Made by a program: the position numbers and the translations under genes. DNA of 64,000 bases. It comes from Thecamonas trahens ATCC 50062. Taxonomy: Eukaryota; Protista; Apusomonadida. The stretch lies in contig NW_013657649.1 in the NCBI RefSeq assembly GCF_000142905.1, forward strand, positions 124,001 through 188,000, in the 5' to 3' direction. Within the stretch, counting starts at the first letter, position 1. Every line of letters begins with the position of its first letter. The notes below the pieces were generated by a model, which ran no database searches, was not told where the DNA came from, and was given only the letters and a program-made list of their open reading frames with translations. Of the stretch, positions 1-10,852 are shown piece by piece.

Positions 1-369
1 TCGGAGACGAACCAGGTGTTGCTGAACGAGATGGCGAAGCAGATCAAGGACTTGGAGAATGCCATTGCGAAGCAGGCGACGGAGGCTGCGGACACCATTC
101 GCGAGCTGAAGAGCACCATTGCGAAGCAGGCGAGCACCATTGCGAAGCAGGCGACGGAGGCTGCGGACACCATTCGCGAGCGGGAGAGTACCATTCGCGA
201 GCTGAGGATGCAACTTGCTAGCGCGGGCATCATGCCCATGACGATGGCCACCAACGACACCAGCAGCTCGCGGAAGCGGACGACCTCGGAGGGCAGCAGC
301 ACGAGCTCTGAAGGGAGTAGTGCGATCCCTATGTCCGAGAGCTCGTCTGGTGCGTGTGACCGTGAGTAG
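1..369 (+). CDS. 3' end of a coiled-coil repeat protein (5'-partial), Ser-rich tail
   Basis: Frame is open from base 1 to TAG at 367-369. Near-exact internal repeats of (T/A)IAKQATEAADTIRE with heptad character. Confidence 0.6.
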   Translation, partial: SETNQVLLNEMAKQIKDLENAIAKQATEAADTIRELKSTIAKQASTIAKQATEAADTIRERESTIRELRMQLASAGIMPMTMATNDTSSSRKRTTSEGSSTSSEGSSAIPMSESSSGACDRE

Positions 370-567
370 GGCATGGCGGGCTTGATCAACCTGTGTGATC
401 GTTTTCCGACGCACGCGCGCTCGGAAGGAGAGGCAGACTGCGGCACCGAAAGAGCACATCGGAGAGGGATAGACACGAGGTGGGGGACAGTGCCATGTGG
501 TAGCACCATGCCTCGCCAGGCACTGTTGTACCGTAAGTCCATAGTTGCACAAGAAGGTCACGCCTCC

Positions 568-667
568 NNNNNNNNNNNNNNNNNNNNNNNNNNNNNNNNN
601 NNNNNNNNNNNNNNNNNNNNNNNNNNNNNNNNNNNNNNNNNNNNNNNNNNNNNNNNNNNNNNNNNNN
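568..667. other. Assembly gap (100 N)
   Basis: N run followed by a long C homopolymer. Confidence 0.99.
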
Positions 668-795
668 GCCCCCCCCCCCCCCCCCCCTTTCCCCGCCCCG
701 CCCTCCCAACCACACATTCATTCGTCCATTGCTCCCGACCGTTAGACCCCGACACCCCACCACCACCCCCCGCCACCCACCTCACCACAGCAGGG

Positions 796-3700
796 ATGGC
801 CCTCAAGTCCCCATGGCCAAACAAGGGCTCGGCATCACTTGTTCTTGCAGGGCCCATCTATGAAAAGTCCGGCTCATTCTTCAAGTCACTCGAGAGCAAG
901 TACGGTGTGCTCTACGCAGACCGCCTCGAGCTGGGCCAGAGGACGGCAGCCGAGGCCGACAAGCGCCTGCTGCTCCGTCCGGCTGGCAAGGCCCTTACCG
1001 CCGCTGTAGCCGACGCCAAGAAGAATGCTTCTGCCGTGGCAAAGGGCAAGTCACCACCTCTCCCGCCCTACCTCGCTCTCGACGACTACAACGCCCCGCG
1101 TTTCGACCCACCTCCGCCAGAGCCGCACGTCTTCAAGACCTCGGAGCTCGCCATTCGCCTGCGTATCGGCAAGAAGTCACACACGATCTCCTTCGAGTCG
1201 CTCCGCCACCGCACGGTCTGGATCGACGCCCTCTCCCGCGTCATCAACGCCACCAACAACAAGATTGTCCTCCTCGCCCGCGGCGCTCCCGCTCATGCCT
1301 CTGCTGCCACCGCCCACCCCGCGACCACACCCGCTCGCACGCCGAGCACCACTCCCGCCCCCGCTTCTACCCCTCCCTCTGTCACCGTCACCGCCACCCC
1401 CGCTCCCACGTCTGATCCTGCTCCATCCGCCATAGATCCAGCCGCAGGCGTCGGCCCGCCACCCAAGCCCGCGCCGCCCAAGCCTGCGCCGCCCAAGCCC
1501 GTGCCACCCGCAGCGGTGGCTCCCGCTCCTGCATCGCCGCCAAAGCCTGCGTCACCGCCCAAGTCTACGCAGCGCACGGGTGTGGCTCCTGCTCCCGCGT
1601 CACTGCCGAAGCCTGCGTCGCCGCCCAAACAGCAGCCGCAGCAGAAGGCTCGCCCGATTGCCCCAGGCACCGACCCGCTGCCGGTCGACGCGCTGCGTGA
1701 GCTGGCCCCGTCGTCGCTGTCACCATACGCCGCGCCAGCGCAGCTTCCCCATCCGCGGACGGCCGCGCTCGCTGCGCTCTCCGAGCTCGTCGCTGGCTCG
1801 CCCGAGTTTGACTGGAACGCCGAGTACCAGACCCGAATGGCCCGTTGGGTGGAAGCATCGCGCTCCGAAGCTAGTCACGCGCCCGAGGCCGAGTTGGAGC
1901 TTGTCCGCTTTGTCGGCCTCTTTGCCGCTCGCGCCGAGCAAGTCGCTTCCATCATCATCGATGAGTTGCATCTCCCGCTAACGTCCAAGACCTACACTCC
2001 GAAGGCCCTGCCTGACGCAGTTGCGCAGACCGACGAGGTCTACGTCGTCGACTCTATTATTTTTTCGTTTGCCGACGTCGGAACAGGCGCACGGCCCGAG
2101 ACCGACGATGCGCTCGAGATGCGCATGGCCCACATCGAGATGGCCGCCCTCGACGCCGTTGTCAACGCCCGCATCCCCGGCCTTGCTACTCCTCTCATGG
2201 CCCTCGTCGAGTACCGCGGCTTTACCCTCATCGCCGTCACTACCCTTCCAGTCTCCGAGGCTACCCTCATCGCCTCACCCGAGCTGGCCACTCGCCCGCC
2301 GCAGGGCTCCTCGCCCGCGGCAGCCTTTGCTGGCCTCATGGCTGATCTTGCCCGCCAGCTCAATCTGAAGCCGGTTGCACCCGGAGACTCGGGTGTCGCC
2401 CCGGTCTTTGGCCCGGCCTCCGTTCTAGGTCACCGCGGCTCCGACGGTCGCTACTACGCCGTCTCGCTGCAAAAGCTATTCCCGCCTGACCTGCCCATCG
2501 GCGAGATGGCCGCTGATTTGACCCGTGTCCTCTCGCCTCGCTTCGTCACCCTCTACCCAGATCCTCTCGTCCCAGACGCCTTTACCCAGCACGCCACCCC
2601 GCTGGGAACCGGTGCGCCCGCCGCTGCAGACGTTGGCGCCCTCATCGGCGCCTCGGCCTACCTCCGCGAGACTCTCGTCCCGCGCCTCGCTCTCGCGCTC
2701 GACCGCATGGACGTGCTCGCCCTCGACTCGGTCTCGTTAGCCGCCATCCTCGCCGACGCCGGCGTCGACCGTCGCTTCCTTGGCCTCCTGGCAGACTCGG
2801 TCGAACTGCCGCATGTTCGTGCCGTTCTCGCCACCGAAATGGTTGCCATCCGCGCTGCAGAGCTACTCGCCCGTTCGCTCCGGCGTGTCGTCCGCGCCCG
2901 CCGCCCACTCCTCGAGTCCGGTACCCGCATTAGCGCCTCGATGGTGTCTGAGAACACCGCCAACACCCTTGACTTCTTCAATCTCGTCCTCGGCTCCTCC
3001 GACGAGTCGCACGCCTTCTGGGGCTCGGTCCTCCTGCCCGACGTCGCCGCCGCTTTTGCCCACGATGTCGATGCCTCGGCCATCCCGCGCGCCGCGCTCC
3101 TCTACGCCCTCGAGCACCACTCGGGTGTCGTCCTGGCCCACACGCCCAGCGTAGACTTCTCCGGCCCAGCCCCGCTCGGCACCAACCTGGACGTCGTCCG
3201 CGGCTGGCGCCCGCGAGTCACCACTCCCGTCCCGGCCACCCTCGCCACCTCGCACCGCGACTACGCCCGTCTCCTCGCCGCTGAAGGCCGCCACAGGGCC
3301 GCCCTCGACGCCCTGGCCGTCTCGCTCAAGGCTGCGGCCCTCCTGCACGGCTTCTCCTCCCACAAGCTTGGCCCTGACTTTCTCGTCGCCTCCCGCTACG
3401 CCGCAGACGCTGGCGATCTCGAGGCTGCTGCTGCCTTTGCTGGCGCCGCCCTGGGCGTCGCTCCGCAGTGGCACGCCTCGGCTGGTCTTGCCTACGTCGC
3501 CCACCTCCGCGCCGCCTTTCGCTCTGGAGACGTTCAAGGCGCCGCTGTCGCTTACGAAGCCGCCATCGCGTGTATCGCCCACCACTGGGGTCACTACCAC
3601 CCGCTCCTCCTCGAGGCCCACGACACCATGGGTGGCCTCCACGCCGAGGTCGGAGACCCGCTTCTTGCCCTAGACTACTACAAGGCCGCGCTTGACCTCT

Positions 3701-4482
3701 CGGTCCTTGCCCTCGGTGCCAACCACGCCAAGGCCGCGTCGTACTATCACTCGGTTGGCCACCTCTCCAAAACCGCTGGCCTCCACCAGCAGGCCATCAA
3801 CGCCTACGAGCGCGCCCTCCTCGTCCACCAGCGCTGCCTCGGACCCGAATCGCCCACCACTGCCCACTCCATGTACTACCTCTCCGAAGCCTTGTATGCA
3901 AAGGGCGTGTACGCGCGGGCGCTGGATCTTGCCAAGCAAGCCTTTGACCTCCGCAACCGCCTTCACGGCCCCGCTTCGCCGCTCACTATCGACTCGGCCT
4001 ACCAAGTTGCCTACACCGCAGACGCCCTTGACGATGCCGCTGCCGCCCTGCCCTCTTTTGAGCATCTGCTTCGCTACTTGCAGGACTCGGCGCGAAGCCT
4101 TTCGGAAGACGCCGATGCCCAGCGTGCGGCCGTCCTCACTGAGATCCGCTCCATCACTGTCACCATCGTCAAGCTCGTCTTCCGCACCCTCCCGCCGCAG
4201 CACACCCTCATCCTCGCCCGGGTCCGCGAGGCCCGTGCCCCGCGGCTCACTCATGCCACCATCGCACACGTCATGGCCGCTCTCCTCAGCTCTCAGCCCG
4301 CTGAGTATGTGCGCGACGTCTTTCGTCGTGTGGAGGCCCTCTCTCCGACTGCACACACCGAACTCGCCGCTCTCGTCCATGTTTGCGAGGACGATTCGGT
4401 CTTGCTTGTCGAGCACGATGAGCCCGCTACCCAAGATGCCTCGCTCCGGCTCTCCGTCTCCTCCTTCTTCCACAACCAGTGA
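796..4482 (+). CDS. PH domain + Pro-rich linker + CLU (clustered mitochondria/eIF3-p135-like) domain + TPR repeat protein
   Basis: ATG at 796 follows a C-rich leader. PH-like GPIYEKSGSFFKS...KYGVLY...WIDALSRVI. CLU motifs DWNAEYQ, PLMALVEYRGFTLIAVTTLP and GHRGSDGRYY...LFPPD. C-terminal kinesin-light-chain-type TPRs (LGANHAKAA, LGPESPTTAHSMYYL). Confidence 0.85.
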   Translation: MALKSPWPNKGSASLVLAGPIYEKSGSFFKSLESKYGVLYADRLELGQRTAAEADKRLLLRPAGKALTAAVADAKKNASAVAKGKSPPLPPYLALDDYNAPRFDPPPPEPHVFKTSELAIRLRIGKKSHTISFESLRHRTVWIDALSRVINATNNKIVLLARGAPAHASAATAHPATTPARTPSTTPAPASTPPSVTVTATPAPTSDPAPSAIDPAAGVGPPPKPAPPKPAPPKPVPPAAVAPAPASPPKPASPPKSTQRTGVAPAPASLPKPASPPKQQPQQKARPIAPGTDPLPVDALRELAPSSLSPYAAPAQLPHPRTAALAALSELVAGSPEFDWNAEYQTRMARWVEASRSEASHAPEAELELVRFVGLFAARAEQVASIIIDELHLPLTSKTYTPKALPDAVAQTDEVYVVDSIIFSFADVGTGARPETDDALEMRMAHIEMAALDAVVNARIPGLATPLMALVEYRGFTLIAVTTLPVSEATLIASPELATRPPQGSSPAAAFAGLMADLARQLNLKPVAPGDSGVAPVFGPASVLGHRGSDGRYYAVSLQKLFPPDLPIGEMAADLTRVLSPRFVTLYPDPLVPDAFTQHATPLGTGAPAAADVGALIGASAYLRETLVPRLALALDRMDVLALDSVSLAAILADAGVDRRFLGLLADSVELPHVRAVLATEMVAIRAAELLARSLRRVVRARRPLLESGTRISASMVSENTANTLDFFNLVLGSSDESHAFWGSVLLPDVAAAFAHDVDASAIPRAALLYALEHHSGVVLAHTPSVDFSGPAPLGTNLDVVRGWRPRVTTPVPATLATSHRDYARLLAAEGRHRAALDALAVSLKAAALLHGFSSHKLGPDFLVASRYAADAGDLEAAAAFAGAALGVAPQWHASAGLAYVAHLRAAFRSGDVQGAAVAYEAAIACIAHHWGHYHPLLLEAHDTMGGLHAEVGDPLLALDYYKAALDLSVLALGANHAKAASYYHSVGHLSKTAGLHQQAINAYERALLVHQRCLGPESPTTAHSMYYLSEALYAKGVYARALDLAKQAFDLRNRLHGPASPLTIDSAYQVAYTADALDDAAAALPSFEHLLRYLQDSARSLSEDADAQRAAVLTEIRSITVTIVKLVFRTLPPQHTLILARVREARAPRLTHATIAHVMAALLSSQPAEYVRDVFRRVEALSPTAHTELAALVHVCEDDSVLLVEHDEPATQDASLRLSVSSFFHNQ

Positions 4483-4498
4483 ATGCACATCTTTTAGA

Positions 4499-7400
4499 CT
4501 AGCTCTTGGCTGCGCGGGCCGCCCGCTTCTTCTTGGCCGCTTCGCGCGCCTTGCGCTTCCGCTCGCGCTTCGCCTCAAGCTCCTTGGCCCTTCGGTTCTT
4601 GGCCTCGGCCGCCTCAAACTCTTCCAGAAAGTCGGCAAAGATCCCGCACAGATGGTCGGCACTCGTCTTGGTCGGCTTTTCTGCAAAGACCTTGCACACT
4701 GCAAGGTGCTTGGTCTTGACCTCGTCAATCGCGCCATGGACCGCCTGCATCCGCTCGAGTGCTGCCTCGTGGAACGGGTCAAACACGTCCTTGAACACTG
4801 CGTCTTTCGTCTGACTCAGCTCCATGCCCACAATCTTGAGATTCTTGTCGAGGTTGCCGGCTGCAGCCTCGATCATGTCAAACGGGTGTCGCGCCGCTTC
4901 GGCTGCAAGCTTGAGGTCGTCCTTGAATGCCAGCACCTCGGAAAACTCGCGCTCCAGCAGCTCAGCCACGAACCGGAGCAGGTTCGACTTGCCGTCGATG
5001 GTCTTCGTCCCACCAACCTTGGCCAGAAAGTCCAGGTGGAAGCCGCGCTCCTTCTTCGAGTTCATAAAGTTGCCGATTGCCAGCAAGATCTCAAACAGCT
5101 TACCGAGCGCCTTGGACTCGTGGATTGCCGTCAGCGCACCTGAGAGCGCCACCACGCCCTCATCGACGTCGTGGACAAGGACCTCAAACTCCAGCTTGAT
5201 TTGCAGCGACCGCAGCCGCTGCGCCAACCGCGGAATGCCCATGATCGTGCGCACGTACTGCTCAGACTTGCCGAGCAAGCCAAGATCGCCGTCGTACGAC
5301 GCCACTGTCGCCAGGTCATCTGTCGTCGGCAGCGTCTTGACCACAAACGTGATAGACTCGGCCGTAAGCACCTTTTCGTCAAGTGAGAGCATCGCGTCGC
5401 GCAGCGCCTCGTTGCTCATACGGAACCGCGAGAGCATAATCCCGATCGCGTTCGACGCCTTGCCATCCAGCAGCAGCACCTTCTTGGGCCGCTTGGCGCG
5501 CGCAGCCTCAGCTTCGGCCTCTGCTGGGCTCAGCTTCTTGACGGGCCTCTTCGACGTAAACAGCTTTTCCATCTCGTCCCAGTTGAGCATCACGGAGCTC
5601 GGATTGAGACTCTCAAACACAGATCCGTTCAGCTCTACCGGCTTGACCTTGGACCAGTACAGTTTGCGCATCGGCACCTTGGCCTTGCGCGGCGCGCGAG
5701 GATTTGCTGCAGCTGGCGGTGGCGGCGGCGGCGGCCCGCCTGGTCCCCAGCCCCCAGGCGGCGGAGGCGGCGGCAGCGGCGGTCCGCCTCCGGGAGGAGG
5801 AGGTGGTGGTGGTGGACCGCCTCCGGGAGGAGGTGGCGGTGGTGGTGGACCGCCTCCGGGCGGCGGCGGTGGAGGCGGCGGCGGCGGTGGCCCACCTCCG
5901 GGCATCGGTGGCGGCGGTGGTGGTGGACCGCCGCTCGGCCCTGTCGCACCGGTGCCCGGACTCGAGCCGCTGCTCGCCGCTGCTCCGCCACTAGGCAGTG
6001 TAAACACACTCCCCATCCTCCGCTTCATCAAAATACGCCGGACCCCGATGCGGAACCGCAGCCGCGCTTCCTTGATCCGAGTCTCTTCGGTGATGGCTCC
6101 CAGCCGGGCTTTCTTGAGCGCCAGTGCCAACTGCGCTTGCAGCTCGTTGATACGGAGCTCATACCGCTGCAGCGTCATGCTTTGCCGATGGTCGGCCATC
6201 CTCAGTTGATGCTCATCCATGCTGCGCGCACACGCCAGGGCAGCCCGTGCGTCAGCGTTCTTGGCAGCCATCGCTTCTTCGGCCCGCGCTTGAATCATAC
6301 CGGCCTCCGACGTCGCCAGCTCATCTAGCTTGGCCGTCAGCTCGCAAACTGTGCGGTTGGCTTTGTCAAGATCGTCGTGAAGACCGTCCACGTACGCCCG
6401 AGTCTCCAGCGATGTCTTGGTCTTGAGTACCGCCAAGTTGGATGTCGGCTTGCCTGTGGCGCGGCCAAGCGGGTCCGCCGCAGACGCGTTCAGCTGCTGC
6501 AGGTAGCCCTCGGCCGCGGCGCGCGCTGTTGTGTGGTGTAAATCATCCACTGACGGGAGCGAAATCCCGGTTGTGAGCATTCCGGCAGCCTCCTCTTCCT
6601 CTTGCGAGAGACCCACGTGCGCAACCGAGGGCTCAACCGCGTCCGAGAGGAGCTGCACCAGCTGCTTCCACGCCTCAAGCCCTAGCGGTCCCCGCGTCGG
6701 AAGTGCCAGCAGCATCTGCAGTACTTTGACAAGCTGCGGGTACGCTGGCGTCACCCGCAGATTTGTCACAAGCATGTCGCACACCGCCCGCGGGTCTGAG
6801 AGCTCGATGCTTCGGAACTGAATCTGGGTAGCGTCGTAGTGCGCCGCATCGATGTAAAGCTCGATCTGCTCGCGTGCCGCCGGCACATCACTGTCCATCG
6901 AGTTCATGTATCCGATGGCCGCGTCAATGCTGGCAGCCTCGAGACTCTCCCGCCACGCCACCCGCACCGTGAGATCCTTTTCAGTGTTGATGACGCCGTT
7001 GAGAAGCGCCAAGCCGGCCACGCGCAGCGTCTCCGACTCGGTACACTGCATGGCCTCGAGAGCGGCAGTGAACGGGTGGTTTGCGCGGTCCAGCGTCCGC
7101 TGCGCATCCAGCGCCGCTTGTACGGCCTGGTGCGCTTCGTGCGACGCATGAGCCATCCGCGCGAGCACAAGCAGCGCCCGTGACCGCAGCGTCTCGTCTG
7201 CGTCGGCATGCAGCGTCCGCACAATGGTACTTGTGCCGTCGTTGATGCGCGTCATGGCCTTCGTGCCAGCACTTGTTTGCGTCAGCACCTTGATCACCTT
7301 GGTCGCTCGGGCGGCCACCTCGACGTCGTTTGGCTGCTTGTTGCGCTTGCGCACAAACTCACGCAGCACTTGCAGGACGTCGTCAAGCCCGTCGCGCTGC

Positions 7401-10400
7401 AGAAACTCACGGGTCCAGCTCGACCCATTGTTAAGCAGCGCGTACTTGAGTGTCCGCAAATGCGCTGCCGACACGTCATGCTTGAGCATGTTGCAAAAGT
7501 GCTTTGGCGCCTTGGTTGAGCCGGTCACCACAGCGCCAAGCTCGGCGTCGACCTCGATGCCACGGCCGTCGTCAGACTCGGACTCACCGCCGGAGTCAAA
7601 GACCTCGTCGTCGTCGCCAGACGCCGACGGCGGCACATCGTCTTCGGGTTCGAGCCCGGTGTTCCGGAGGACGTGGATGCGAGCCTCGAGCGCAGCCCGC
7701 GACAGCGACCGCTTCATCGACCGCTCCGGCTGGCTGTCCACACTCGAGCCATCGCTGGCTGCCACCACAAGCCGCCCCCGTGGCGAGATCGACCCGCGCG
7801 GTGCCATACTCTTGAGATCGGAGACCAGGTCGAGCACAATGTCGCGCTGGAGTGCAAGCGTCTTGAGGGTTGCCAGGTGCACCTGCCACTGCAAAGTCTC
7901 CATCCCATCAGGGATCTCATCGTCCGAGTCCACGTCACCGCTCACTTTGCGGGCATCAATAGCGGCATCCTGTAGCGCGTCGGCCACAGCCTCCAACGCT
8001 TCAACTAGTGACGCTGGTGCCACCGCCATTGGCACAAACGCCTGGCCTGGTGAGCCACTCGCTATTGGCGAGCCTACAATCGGGACAACCATTGATCCCG
8101 GCGCCGCGACCACCGTGTCGCCGCGCACAAGCTTGAGCGACTCGCTGGCTTCGTCCTCCGAGTCCGAGTCAGCCAACGACGCCATCTCCAGCGGGTCGTC
8201 CATCTCAACCACAAGCGTTCCGCGCGGGACAATAATCGAGCCCTTGGGCACCAGTCGCGCCCCGTCCGGCACAATTAGCGTTCCCTCGAGCGCCACCTCT
8301 GTTCCGGTCTCAACCACGACAGTCCCATCCTGTGGCCCTACAACCTTGATGGCGGGGGGAGCGCTGGATGCGGCGGTTGCCAGCCGAGCCTCAGACGCCT
8401 GACGCTCCACTGCCTCGTTGGCCTTGGCAGCAGCCAGCTCCGCTTCCAACTCGGCAATGCGGCGAGCAAGCAGGTCAGAACTAGATGTCGTCACCATTTT
8501 CTCGAGGTTCGAGCTCGGCTGCCGCCGCAGCGCCAGGCTCCGGGCCTGGGAACTCTCAGCAGCAGTATCGGTGTCGATCATGATCTGGGAGAGCTCCGGG
8601 TTGGCGACGGTGGCAGTAGCCTTGGCCATCGCGGCTTGGTCAATGTCTGCATGGTGCTTGGCTACTGCCGACTCTACCGCTGCAAGGCTACGCGCCTGCT
8701 CGCGATTGCGTGCAGCACACGCCTTAACTTCAGCTGTTGCGCGCGTGTGGCTTCTAACGATGCTCCGCCTCACACTTGCGCTGGCAGCTTCAAGGGAGGC
8801 ATGTTGCGCCGCAAACGTGGCGGAAATGCGGGCATGCTCAGCCTCGCTAGCAGCCTTTGCCAGCTCAGCCTTGCGCGCCGTCGCTAGCACTGCTAGCGCC
8901 TGCTGATGTGCAGTAGCTTCGCTTGACAGTGAGCTGTCGCGTTCACGCTCGAGTCGAGTCAGCTCAGACGCTGCAAAGTCGTCGATGGAGGCAACAGCCA
9001 TGCTTGAGCTGTCCAAAGCAGTTGCAAGCGCTTGCGCATGCTCGACCTCGGCGGAGACGCGGGCATCAGCAACGGCAGACTTCAGCTCCTCACGACGAGC
9101 CGAGGCTCGAGCATGAGCCTCGTCTTTGGCTGCCTGTAATTCATCTGGCTTGTTTGCCAACTGAATCCGAGCTCGCTTCAGCTCTTCGGCAAGTTCCATC
9201 TCCACGACAGCCGCGGCCTCGGTCTGCGCCACCACCGTATGTGTGGCTGCCGATGCACCGCTGAGCGCTGTGCTCAGCTGTAAATCATAGTCAAGCACCG
9301 CCGTGACAGCGTCAGCGTCAAGACGAGACGCGGTCGAAACAGCCGCAACGACAGCAGCCGCAACGTCATCGACAAGCGCCGCTGCTTCTCCTGCCACCTC
9401 TTCTGCAGATTGACCGGCATCGCCAAGGCTCTTAGCCTTGCGAGCAGCGAGTAGCGCGGTTTGCTCAGCCTTGGCCTCAGCGTCCAGCTGAGCTTTGAGA
9501 GCGGCAGCGCGGGCCTCACGCGTGTGCTCTTTGTGCTCTGCCTGCAGCTGAGCAGCCTCAATGCGCTCGGCATGCAGCGCGTGGGCAACTTGCTGCTCGA
9601 GGCTGGCGCGCAGCGCATTCGACGCCTCGTGGGCTTCATCGTGGATAGCAGCCTCGTTTTTGGCGAGGGTTGAATTAATGGCTTCGACCTGCCTTTGGTA
9701 GACTTCCAGCGAGCGGGCGCGGGCGTCGTCCGATGCAGCCGCGGCTAGCGCGTCCCGGAGAGTGTCAGCGGCCTCCGCACGGTCGGCTTCAGCAGCCGAC
9801 TCCAGTGCAGAGGCTCGAGCCTTTGCGACAGCTATAATCTTGGCAGCTTCGGTCGAGATGGAGATCTGAGCCTGTGACGTTGCGGCAGCATGCCGCTCGT
9901 CGAGCGCGGCGAGGGCCAGGATCTCGCTCTCGTGACGCTTCTGTACGGCTTCGGTCAATTCCAGTCGGAGAGTGGTAGCGAGACTGTAAGCAGCCTCGCG
10001 AGCAGCGGCCACCCGCTCGGTGTGCGCAGCCTCAAATGCCACGCGCTGCTCGGCGAGATGTGGCGAGCCCGCAAGCGAGTGAAGCTTGGCGGCCTTGTCC
10101 GCCTCCAGCTCCGCAAGGGTCGTCTCGAGCTCGGCGTCTACAACCGCGAGCTTGAGGTCAATGTCAGCAGCAGCAGCGGCATACTCTGCCTTGTGACGGG
10201 CAGCCAGCTCGCTGAGCGCGCACTGACGCTCGATGTCCTGCCTAGCGAGACTTTCCTCCAGGTGCTCCTCGTTCTCGGCCTGAAGCTCGAGCTGACTGCG
10301 GGTGGCCGCCAGGTCTGCGCGCAGCTGGGCCACATTCGCGTGGTATGCAACTGCCGCCGAGGCAGCACCATCCAGCTGAGATTCCGGAGCGGCGCGCACG

Positions 10401-10852
10401 GCTTTGAGCTTGGTCTTCTCGAGAGCGATAGCGGCTGCAGTGGCTGCTTCGGCTGCTGCAAGCTGAGCCGCCAGTCGGCGATCGATGACAATCCGCTTCT
10501 GGGCCACTGTCGCCTCGAGCACTTGCATCCGCCACTGGTCCTGGGCCTCGCGAAGCGCACGCGCCTCGCTCTCGCGCGCCGCAACCTGGGCGTGTGCTTC
10601 GGCAACTTGGCGAGCTGCTTGGGCTCCCCTAGAATCTTGCTCGGCCTTGATGGCCTCAACCTTGCACTGGTAGGCAGCGTCGGCAGCCGCAGCGGCGGCA
10701 GCATCACCGGCGGCGGTCGCCCGTTCACGTGCGACAGCTCGCTTGCAGGCGGCAGATGCGAGCAAAACTGCTGCGTGAGTCGCCGCAATCCGGCGCAGTC
10801 GAGTCAGCTCAAGTCGCGCCTGATCAGAGTCGGGCGGGGCAGTAGGCGTCAA
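4499..10852 (-). CDS. Diaphanous-type formin portion (long Ala-rich coiled coil, GBD/FH3, FH1, FH2); probably the 3' part of one gene with the CAP-Gly ORF
   Basis: GBD-like LRTLKYALLNNGSSWTREF...GLDDVLQVL. Poly-Pro FH1. FH2 motifs MRKLYWSKV, LLDGKASNAIGIMLSRF and AIGNFMN...GFHLDFLAKVGGTKTIDGKSNLL. No ATG in about the first 108 codons, and the frame stays open upstream to about 11059. Confidence 0.93.
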   Translation of the reverse strand: MTPTAPPDSDQARLELTRLRRIAATHAAVLLASAACKRAVARERATAAGDAAAAAAADAAYQCKVEAIKAEQDSRGAQAARQVAEAHAQVAARESEARALREAQDQWRMQVLEATVAQKRIVIDRRLAAQLAAAEAATAAAIALEKTKLKAVRAAPESQLDGAASAAVAYHANVAQLRADLAATRSQLELQAENEEHLEESLARQDIERQCALSELAARHKAEYAAAAADIDLKLAVVDAELETTLAELEADKAAKLHSLAGSPHLAEQRVAFEAAHTERVAAAREAAYSLATTLRLELTEAVQKRHESEILALAALDERHAAATSQAQISISTEAAKIIAVAKARASALESAAEADRAEAADTLRDALAAAASDDARARSLEVYQRQVEAINSTLAKNEAAIHDEAHEASNALRASLEQQVAHALHAERIEAAQLQAEHKEHTREARAAALKAQLDAEAKAEQTALLAARKAKSLGDAGQSAEEVAGEAAALVDDVAAAVVAAVSTASRLDADAVTAVLDYDLQLSTALSGASAATHTVVAQTEAAAVVEMELAEELKRARIQLANKPDELQAAKDEAHARASARREELKSAVADARVSAEVEHAQALATALDSSSMAVASIDDFAASELTRLERERDSSLSSEATAHQQALAVLATARKAELAKAASEAEHARISATFAAQHASLEAASASVRRSIVRSHTRATAEVKACAARNREQARSLAAVESAVAKHHADIDQAAMAKATATVANPELSQIMIDTDTAAESSQARSLALRRQPSSNLEKMVTTSSSDLLARRIAELEAELAAAKANEAVERQASEARLATAASSAPPAIKVVGPQDGTVVVETGTEVALEGTLIVPDGARLVPKGSIIVPRGTLVVEMDDPLEMASLADSDSEDEASESLKLVRGDTVVAAPGSMVVPIVGSPIASGSPGQAFVPMAVAPASLVEALEAVADALQDAAIDARKVSGDVDSDDEIPDGMETLQWQVHLATLKTLALQRDIVLDLVSDLKSMAPRGSISPRGRLVVAASDGSSVDSQPERSMKRSLSRAALEARIHVLRNTGLEPEDDVPPSASGDDDEVFDSGGESESDDGRGIEVDAELGAVVTGSTKAPKHFCNMLKHDVSAAHLRTLKYALLNNGSSWTREFLQRDGLDDVLQVLREFVRKRNKQPNDVEVAARATKVIKVLTQTSAGTKAMTRINDGTSTIVRTLHADADETLRSRALLVLARMAHASHEAHQAVQAALDAQRTLDRANHPFTAALEAMQCTESETLRVAGLALLNGVINTEKDLTVRVAWRESLEAASIDAAIGYMNSMDSDVPAAREQIELYIDAAHYDATQIQFRSIELSDPRAVCDMLVTNLRVTPAYPQLVKVLQMLLALPTRGPLGLEAWKQLVQLLSDAVEPSVAHVGLSQEEEEAAGMLTTGISLPSVDDLHHTTARAAAEGYLQQLNASAADPLGRATGKPTSNLAVLKTKTSLETRAYVDGLHDDLDKANRTVCELTAKLDELATSEAGMIQARAEEAMAAKNADARAALACARSMDEHQLRMADHRQSMTLQRYELRINELQAQLALALKKARLGAITEETRIKEARLRFRIGVRRILMKRRMGSVFTLPSGGAAASSGSSPGTGATGPSGGPPPPPPPMPGGGPPPPPPPPPPPGGGPPPPPPPPGGGPPPPPPPPGGGPPLPPPPPPGGWGPGGPPPPPPPAAANPRAPRKAKVPMRKLYWSKVKPVELNGSVFESLNPSSVMLNWDEMEKLFTSKRPVKKLSPAEAEAEAARAKRPKKVLLLDGKASNAIGIMLSRFRMSNEALRDAMLSLDEKVLTAESITFVVKTLPTTDDLATVASYDGDLGLLGKSEQYVRTIMGIPRLAQRLRSLQIKLEFEVLVHDVDEGVVALSGALTAIHESKALGKLFEILLAIGNFMNSKKERGFHLDFLAKVGGTKTIDGKSNLLRFVAELLEREFSEVLAFKDDLKLAAEAARHPFDMIEAAAGNLDKNLKIVGMELSQTKDAVFKDVFDPFHEAALERMQAVHGAIDEVKTKHLAVCKVFAEKPTKTSADHLCGIFADFLEEFEAAEAKNRRAKELEAKRERKRKAREAAKKKRAARAAKS
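5715..5930 (-). repeat. FH1 poly-proline repeats (GGG-P6-10)
   Basis: Repeated ggcggtggtgg tracts on the + strand encode six poly-Pro blocks in the formin. Confidence 0.9.

Noticed and set aside
373-795. N-terminal extension of the CLU ORF
   Set aside because: Reads through an N gap and a poly-C leader; ATG 796 is more plausible.
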